A stretch of DNA of 32,000 bases from Thermosulfurimonas dismutans. Its GTDB lineage: Bacteria; Desulfobacterota; Thermodesulfobacteria; Thermodesulfobacteriales; Thermodesulfobacteriaceae. Under the pieces are notes generated by a model. The model was given only the letters and a program-made list of their open reading frames with translations. It did no database searches and was not told the DNA's origin. Location of the stretch: contig NZ_LWLG01000010.1 in the NCBI RefSeq assembly GCF_001652585.1, positions 37,399 to 69,398 on the forward strand, written 5' to 3'. Both the position numbers and the translations under genes were made by a program. Below, piece after piece: positions 26,672 through 32,000 of the stretch (positions within the stretch are counted from its first letter, which is position 1; each line of letters opens with the position of its first letter).

Positions 26672-27934
26672 TTGGATATCTGGCTAGTGCCAGCAGCGAT
26701 AGTATTTTTTGTCTTGCTTTCCTCTTTTTTTACCTGCTCGGAAACGGCCCTCTTTTCTTTGAGTCGCATAGACCAGGCCAAGCTCAAAAATCATCCCCGA
26801 GCCTCCTGTCGACTGGCTGCCGAATTACTGAGAGATCCTCAAAAGCTACTCACCACCATCCTCATGGGAAACGAGATCGCGGATATCATCTCTTCGGGCC
26901 TTACAAGCTGGTTTTTCCTTAAAACTTTTGGTCCGTATGGAAAATGGCTGGCCTATCCCCTAATAACGGCCGTACTTTTCGTTTGGGGCGACCTCTTTCC
27001 CAAGGTCCTGGGGCTGAAATTCCGGGAAAAAGCGGCCTGTCTCCTCTCAAGACCCCTTCTTGCGGCAGAAATTTTACTGGCCCCCTTACGGATACTCCTC
27101 CTTTCTCTGGCTCAAACGATTTTCCGGGTCTTCGGTCTCACCACCGTCTCCCCCAAATCCGTAACCGCCGAGGAGGAAATAAAACATTTGGTGGAAAAGG
27201 CCTACCTGTCAGGGGCCCTAGGCCCTCAGGAAAGACTTTTCATCTATAGTCTTTTTGAGTCCGAAGAAACTCCGGTCTCGGCTATCATGACTCCTCGTAA
27301 GGATATCTTCGCTCTTGAAGACCAGAAAATAACGGAAAATCTTCTCCATACCTTAAAGGAAATACCCTTCCACAAAATTCCAATTTATCGGGAACACCTT
27401 GATAAAGTGGTCGGTATCCTCTACGTGCAGGATCTCTTAAAGGCGCGCTTGCACACAGAGATCCACAAACTCTCCGAACTAAGTCGCCCGGCCTTCTTCG
27501 TACCCGAAAAGACCAGGGTACGTAAATTGCTCGAGGAGTTTCAGAGACGCCGGATAAAAATGGCCCTCGTGGTAGATGAATACGGACACATCAGCGGTCT
27601 GGTAACTCTGGAGGATGTGCTTGAAGAACTTTTCGGAGAAATTTATCAGGCAAGGGAGAGCAAGGAGCCCCTGATCGAGAAGTTAGGCGAAGGGATCTAT
27701 AGAGTGAAAGGACGGGTTCAAATAGAGGATTTCAACCGCGAGACCGGGGCCCACCTGCCGGCAGAGGGATTCCGGACCATGGCCGGCCTAGCCCTCCATC
27801 TCTTTCAGGAACTCCCCAAAGAGGGAGATGAGGCCAAGGGCTATGGCTTTCGTTTCCAGGTAGAAAAAATACAGAAAAACCGCATTGAAAGTCTAATAGT
27901 AGAAAGGCTCGAGGGAGATGAAGCTCATCTCTAG
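26672..27934 (+). CDS. CNNM/HlyC-CorC family transporter (DUF21 + CBS pair + CorC_HlyC)
   Basis: DUF21 membrane domain (SSFFTCSETALFSLSR), CBS pair (VSAIMTPRKDIFAL...IPIYRE..DKVVGILYVQDLL) and a CorC_HlyC C-terminal domain. TTG start at 26672 lies 10 nt after a GGAGG Shine-Dalgarno. Confidence 0.85.
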   Translation: MDIWLVPAAIVFFVLLSSFFTCSETALFSLSRIDQAKLKNHPRASCRLAAELLRDPQKLLTTILMGNEIADIISSGLTSWFFLKTFGPYGKWLAYPLITAVLFVWGDLFPKVLGLKFREKAACLLSRPLLAAEILLAPLRILLLSLAQTIFRVFGLTTVSPKSVTAEEEIKHLVEKAYLSGALGPQERLFIYSLFESEETPVSAIMTPRKDIFALEDQKITENLLHTLKEIPFHKIPIYREHLDKVVGILYVQDLLKARLHTEIHKLSELSRPAFFVPEKTRVRKLLEEFQRRRIKMALVVDEYGHISGLVTLEDVLEELFGEIYQARESKEPLIEKLGEGIYRVKGRVQIEDFNRETGAHLPAEGFRTMAGLALHLFQELPKEGDEAKGYGFRFQVEKIQKNRIESLIVERLEGDEAHL

Positions 27935-29135
27935 TCTACTTTTCATTATTTTTCTTCTAGGAGAGGCCTTCTTTGCAGCTGCGGAAATAGCTCTCATTTC
28001 TGTCGGAGAGGCCTGGCTCCATAAGAACGCCCGGAAAAATTTTGGAGCCAGGGTGGCCCTCATACTCCTGAAGGACCCCGAAAGGCTGCTGGCCACCACC
28101 CTTCTCGGTCTAAATCTCTGTGTGATAGCCAATGGGGTCTTCACCACCGGCTTTCTTATCGAGTTCTTCCCGCAGCATGGAGCCTTTATGGCCCTCCTAG
28201 GCCTCCCTCCGGTGATGCTCCTTTTCGGCCAGATTATTCCCAAGAATCTCGCCCGGGAAAAGGCCGAAACCCTGGCCCCGATCCTGGCCCCTCCTCTCTA
28301 TCTGGCCTCACGCCTCCTGTTTCCCCTGATATTCGTAGTCTCAAAACTGGTAAAAAAGACCCTCGAAAATTTGGGACTCTCTGAAAGGCCCATTCCTTCT
28401 ATGCTAAGAGAAGAATTGAAGGGTTTACTTGTATCCGGAGAAGAACTAGAACCCATGGAGAAGGCCGCTTTGGCCCGGCTTTTCGAATTTTCCGGGAAGA
28501 CCGTAGGTCAGGTTATGGTCCCTCTGGTAAGACTCAAGATGCTTCCGGATCGTGCCCGGGTAGAGGAAGCCTTGCGCATATTTGCCCATTACGGTTTTTC
28601 AAGGATTCCCGTCTTTCGCGGAAGAGTTTACAACATCATAGGAGCGGTTCGGGCCCAGGATCTTTTGGATGCCCCGAAGGATGGTCTGCTTTCGGCCTAT
28701 ATCCAAAAGGTCCCTTATATTCCGGAATTCAAGCCTGCCGCAGAGACCCTTTCCGAAATGCAGAAAAGCGGCGAGGACTTCGCGGTGGTAGTGGACGAAT
28801 ATGGAGCCGCAGTAGGTATCGTCACCCTGGAAGATCTGGTAGAGGAGATCCTAGGTGACTTCTGGGACGAGCTGGAAATGGAATTGAAACCTTTTATCAA
28901 ACTCGGTTCCGGACACTTTCTGGTAAAAGCCTTTATGGAAATAGAAAAGGCCAGGGAGATAGGCATAGAGCTTCCTCCAGGGGAGTACGAAACCGTGGGA
29001 GGCTTTGTCCTCAAAATAGCCGGCCGGATCCCGAAAACAGGCGAAAAGTTTCGGCATAGAGACTGGGAAATAAGGGTGAGAAAAGCCACCCCTATGGCGG
29101 TGGAGGAATTGGAATTTGTGAAAATATCCCGTTAA
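27918..29135 (+). CDS. CNNM/HlyC-CorC family transporter, second tandem paralogue
   Basis: Same three-domain layout: EAFFAAAEIALISV DUF21, a CBS pair with VGQVMVPLVRLKML...IPVFRG, and a CorC_HlyC tail. Overlaps the upstream paralogue by 17 nt. Confidence 0.85.
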   Translation: MKLISSLLFIIFLLGEAFFAAAEIALISVGEAWLHKNARKNFGARVALILLKDPERLLATTLLGLNLCVIANGVFTTGFLIEFFPQHGAFMALLGLPPVMLLFGQIIPKNLAREKAETLAPILAPPLYLASRLLFPLIFVVSKLVKKTLENLGLSERPIPSMLREELKGLLVSGEELEPMEKAALARLFEFSGKTVGQVMVPLVRLKMLPDRARVEEALRIFAHYGFSRIPVFRGRVYNIIGAVRAQDLLDAPKDGLLSAYIQKVPYIPEFKPAAETLSEMQKSGEDFAVVVDEYGAAVGIVTLEDLVEEILGDFWDELEMELKPFIKLGSGHFLVKAFMEIEKAREIGIELPPGEYETVGGFVLKIAGRIPKTGEKFRHRDWEIRVRKATPMAVEELEFVKISR

Positions 29136-29803
29136 TCAGCCTTTATATCGGTAAATTCCGCCACCTTCAAGGTAAGCCTTTGGTAGGGCAGTACCGGTCG
29201 GGGAGGTGGAGCTTCAAAGGCCAAGAGAGGTTCCTTTCTTTTCCATTTAAATTGAATGCTAGCGTGAAAAAGAGGGAATTCAAACAGGAATTCTTTCCCG
29301 CTTACCTTTTCCTCAAACAAGCCCCTCTTGCGATAAGAAATTTTAAAGACTGGAGGTTGACCTTTGACCGTCAGTTTATAGCCTTGGCCGAGCCTGATCG
29401 AGGCTCGGTTTTCAACTTTCCATTGTAGGGTCGAAGGGAGTTTTCCCTGAATGAGGTAAGACCAAAGCCGGTTCAATTCCGGACAGGGAGGTTCCAAAAG
29501 CACATGGTAGGCCTTGCCTTCCACATAGGAGACCAAATAGAAGCCATCAGTCTGTACCCATAAGGAAAAAAGAGGGGCTCCCAAAAGGGAGAAGCCTTCC
29601 ACATAAAGCGTCCTTTCTGAACTTATAATCACTGCCTTTCCGGAGAGCTTTCTGCCAGGAGCACAAACCCTAAAAGTAACCAAAGCCTTAAAAGAAGGGG
29701 ACTCCTCCGTCCAGACCTCTGGCGGGAGCTGAAGGGGACGTCTAGCACAGGCAAAGAGGAATAATAAAAGTAGAAACAGGCTTAAAAGTTTTCGCCCCGG
29801 CAC
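29132..29803 (-). CDS. Lipoprotein, possibly LolB-like (DUF4292-type) outer-membrane lipoprotein
   Basis: Signal peptide with lipobox-like LFLFAC. The alternating beta-strand pattern (GKAVIISSERTLYVEGFSLLGAPLFSLWVQTDGFYLV) recalls LolB/LolA-fold lipoproteins. The family assignment is tentative. Overlaps the TPR gene by 22 nt. Confidence 0.6.
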   Translation of the reverse strand: MPGRKLLSLFLLLLFLFACARRPLQLPPEVWTEESPSFKALVTFRVCAPGRKLSGKAVIISSERTLYVEGFSLLGAPLFSLWVQTDGFYLVSYVEGKAYHVLLEPPCPELNRLWSYLIQGKLPSTLQWKVENRASIRLGQGYKLTVKGQPPVFKISYRKRGLFEEKVSGKEFLFEFPLFHASIQFKWKRKEPLLAFEAPPPRPVLPYQRLTLKVAEFTDIKAD

Positions 29804-31368
29804 GCAGAAACCTTTTTCTCGATACGTTCGCGATCCCGGCGGTGTTTAGCCCTTTTCAAGGCCTCCTCATAGCTGCGACAGGCCTCCTCCATGCGACCTA
29901 AAGCCTTGAGAATGTCTCCTTCATGCTCCCGGATAACGGCATCCTCCGGAGAGAGTTCAACCGCTCTTTTGATTTCCTGAGAAGCTTCTTCCAGTTTTCC
30001 CTGTTTGAAAAGCACCCAGGCCAGACTATCTACAATATACCCGGCCTCCGGCATGGTCTTTAAAGCCTTGCGGATATATTGCTCAGCCTCGGAAAGATTC
30101 TCTCCCAGCTCGGCATAGGTATAGCCCACGAAGTTGAGAACCACGGGATCATCCGGATCCTCTTCAAGGAGGGGTTCTACCAAACGTAAAGCTTCTCGAA
30201 GTTTTCCGAGACAAGAGAGGAGGAGCCCTTTAGCAAGGATCAAGTCCCTGTTTTCAGAAAAGCGAGCCAACCCCTTTTCGGCAAAGGCAAGGCCCTCCTC
30301 GCAACGATCTAGATCTTCGGCCGCAGTGGCTGCAAAAACAAAGATCTCTGGATTGTCCTCTACCTCCCGGGTGATCTCCTTGAGATATGCCAGGCCTTCT
30401 TCCGGTCCCTTAAGGTCCAAGATCAAGGAGTATGTTCGACGGACAGCCTCTGTAAAAAAGAGGCTGTCCCTGGGAATTTGCCGATAGAGCTCCAAGGCCT
30501 TTTCTTGCTGGCCTTCCTTTTCGAAGACCAGTCCCAGGAAAAAGAGTGCCCGCGGATTCTCGGGGTCCTGCTGGAGGGTTTCCTCCAGCAAAGAGCGAGC
30601 CTCCGACCACTTTCCCTCCGTCAGAAGGATCTCGAGCAAGGCCTGTTTAACATGGAAATCCTCGGGATTCTTTTCAAGATAACGGCGATAAAGATCCTCC
30701 GCCTCGGCCAAAGCTCCAATCTTTTTCAGAAACTCTCCGGCCTCTAGAACAACCTGAAGTTTCTCCCCAGAAATAGAAACCGCTTTCAGATAGGCCTCCT
30801 TGGCCTCTGAAGTACGTTCGGTCCTAGCCAAAAGGCGGGCCTTCAAGAGCCATAGATGATGGGCTTCGGGATGGATCGCAAGCAAACGTTCCACCGAGGA
30901 AATGGCCCCAGAGAGGTCCTTCTCGGAAAGATAGGCCTTTATCAGAAGCCCCAAGGCCCTTTCGTCCTGAGGGGACCTTTCGAGAATTTTTTCCAAGGTC
31001 ACGATAGCCCTGGCAGGTCTGTTTTGAGAAAGGTAGACCTTGGCCAAGAGGTAAAGGATGTCATCGTCTCCTGGAGAAAGTTTAAGGGCCTTGCGGGCTA
31101 CAGCCTCGGCCTTATCGTATTCCCCAAGTCGGCCATATATCTCTATCAGAATCTTTCGAGGATAAATAGCCTTTGGATCTTTCTTTATGGTTTTGAGTAA
31201 TTCCTTTCGGGCCTCGTAGAGCTTTCCCTCCTGATAGGCCTTCATACCCGCCAGGAAGTGATAATAAGCCTCGGCACGCTCCGCAGCTGAAACCTGAGAA
31301 ATCAGAAAAGCCAGACAGAAAAGGCTAAGCAGTAGCGCCTTCAAGGGCCAGCGGATAGTTATGGGCAT
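29782..31368 (-). CDS. Secreted tetratricopeptide-repeat (TPR) protein
   Basis: Signal peptide [30 protein letters not shown]. More than 10 recognisable 34-residue TPR units follow (A..Y..G.....G.Y..A...Y..AL...P pattern throughout). Confidence 0.85.
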   Translation of the reverse strand: MPITIRWPLKALLLSLFCLAFLISQVSAAERAEAYYHFLAGMKAYQEGKLYEARKELLKTIKKDPKAIYPRKILIEIYGRLGEYDKAEAVARKALKLSPGDDDILYLLAKVYLSQNRPARAIVTLEKILERSPQDERALGLLIKAYLSEKDLSGAISSVERLLAIHPEAHHLWLLKARLLARTERTSEAKEAYLKAVSISGEKLQVVLEAGEFLKKIGALAEAEDLYRRYLEKNPEDFHVKQALLEILLTEGKWSEARSLLEETLQQDPENPRALFFLGLVFEKEGQQEKALELYRQIPRDSLFFTEAVRRTYSLILDLKGPEEGLAYLKEITREVEDNPEIFVFAATAAEDLDRCEEGLAFAEKGLARFSENRDLILAKGLLLSCLGKLREALRLVEPLLEEDPDDPVVLNFVGYTYAELGENLSEAEQYIRKALKTMPEAGYIVDSLAWVLFKQGKLEEASQEIKRAVELSPEDAVIREHEGDILKALGRMEEACRSYEEALKRAKHRRDRERIEKKVSACRGENF

Positions 31369-32000
31369 CCGGCAACCTCTCCTCCAGATATTTGCGGAGC
31401 TTCCTGATTAAACGCTCCTCTATCTGTCTTACCCTCTCCCGGGAAATACCAAATCGCTTTCCGATTTCCTGAAGGGTAAGGGGTTCTTCGGCAAGAAGCC
31501 TCTCGTAAAAGATCACTTTTTCCTTGTCTTTTAAGGTCTTACCAAACTCATGAAGGATCTGTGAAAACCGGGAAAGAACCTCGTCCTTGGCGATGCGATC
31601 CTCGACCGAAGGCGAAGGGTCCGCCAGGAAATCCCGGTAGGTATCCTCGGAATCCTCCTTAATTGGAGATTCCAGACTCATATCCGAGGCCGCAAGCCTC
31701 TGTTCCATCTCGATAACTTCCTTTTCCTTGACCTTGAGCCTTTCAGAAAGGAGCTTCGGCGTAGGCTTAAAACCCATGGCCTCCAGACGCTCCTTTTCCT
31801 TCCGCAGGTTGTAAAAGAGCTTGCGCTGGGCCTGGGTGGTTCCGATTTTGACCAGCCGCCAGTTGTCCATGATATATTTGAGAATGTAAGCCTTGATCCA
31901 GAAAGAGGCGTAGTAGGAGAACTTAACCCCCCGGTAGGGGTCAAATTTGCGAACCGCTTGGAGCAACCCCAGATTCCCCTCCTGGATGAGATCCAGGAAA
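31325..32000 (-). CDS. rpoH: RNA polymerase sigma factor, RpoH (sigma-32)-like; N-terminus beyond window end
   Basis: The frame stays open to nt 32000 ([39 protein letters not shown], region 2). RpoH-box-like [21 protein letters not shown]. Region 4.2 [29 protein letters not shown]. Stop at 31327-31325. Confidence 0.85.
   Translation of the reverse strand, partial: FLDLIQEGNLGLLQAVRKFDPYRGVKFSYYASFWIKAYILKYIMDNWRLVKIGTTQAQRKLFYNLRKEKERLEAMGFKPTPKLLSERLKVKEKEVIEMEQRLAASDMSLESPIKEDSEDTYRDFLADPSPSVEDRIAKDEVLSRFSQILHEFGKTLKDKEKVIFYERLLAEEPLTLQEIGKRFGISRERVRQIEERLIRKLRKYLEERLPDAHNYPLALEGATA

Noticed and set aside
1-32000. Search for CRISPR arrays, tandem or interspersed repeats, IS elements, integrases, toxin-antitoxin pairs and known defence genes.
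   Set aside because: Reading by eye on both strands found no regularly spaced direct repeats, terminal inverted repeats, transposase or integrase motifs, or defence-type domains. A dot-plot or repeat finder would be needed to exclude short dispersed repeats rigorously.

Overview
Gene-dense (about 95% coding), GC-rich chromosomal segment with 28 protein-coding genes, mostly in tightly overlapping operons. The host is a diderm bacterium (BamA, LolCDE, TolC-type factor). It is probably a thermophilic anaerobe, because the proteins are Glu/Lys/Arg-rich and the window carries an AhbA/B-type siroheme decarboxylase and a UbiX/UbiA pair; that lineage guess is inference only. Content in order: partial LivK-type binding protein, pgpA, an orphan pilin-like gene in a low-GC islet, SirC-type siroheme enzyme, DeoC-RNase HI fusion, ubiX, UbiA-family prenyltransferase, greA, siroheme decarboxylase subunit, DedA, FmdB zinc ribbon, TtcA-like PP-loop ATPase, UvrD-type helicase running in frame into a cusCBA/czcCBA-type metal efflux operon, lysS, lolC/E, lolD, bamA, rpmB, rel/spoT, mutM, AI-2E transporter, two tandem CNNM/CorC proteins, a LolB-like lipoprotein, a TPR protein and a partial rpoH-like sigma factor. 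I found no rRNA, tRNA, CRISPR array, transposase, integrase or recognisable defence gene. I do not see a convincing multi-gene novel system. The items most worth a second look are single-locus oddities: (1) the low-GC islet at 1805-3117 encoding a 402-aa prepilin-type protein with an Ig-like module, Gly7 hinge and an unassigned 6-Cys C-terminal module, with no pilus machinery nearby; (2) an end-to-end DERA-RNase HI fusion; (3) a helicase ORF with no stop codon that reads into the outer-membrane factor gene, next to an A7 tract; (4) an unusually long structured convergent intergenic gap at 1561-1839; (5) a sigma-32-like gene overlapping envelope-protein genes.
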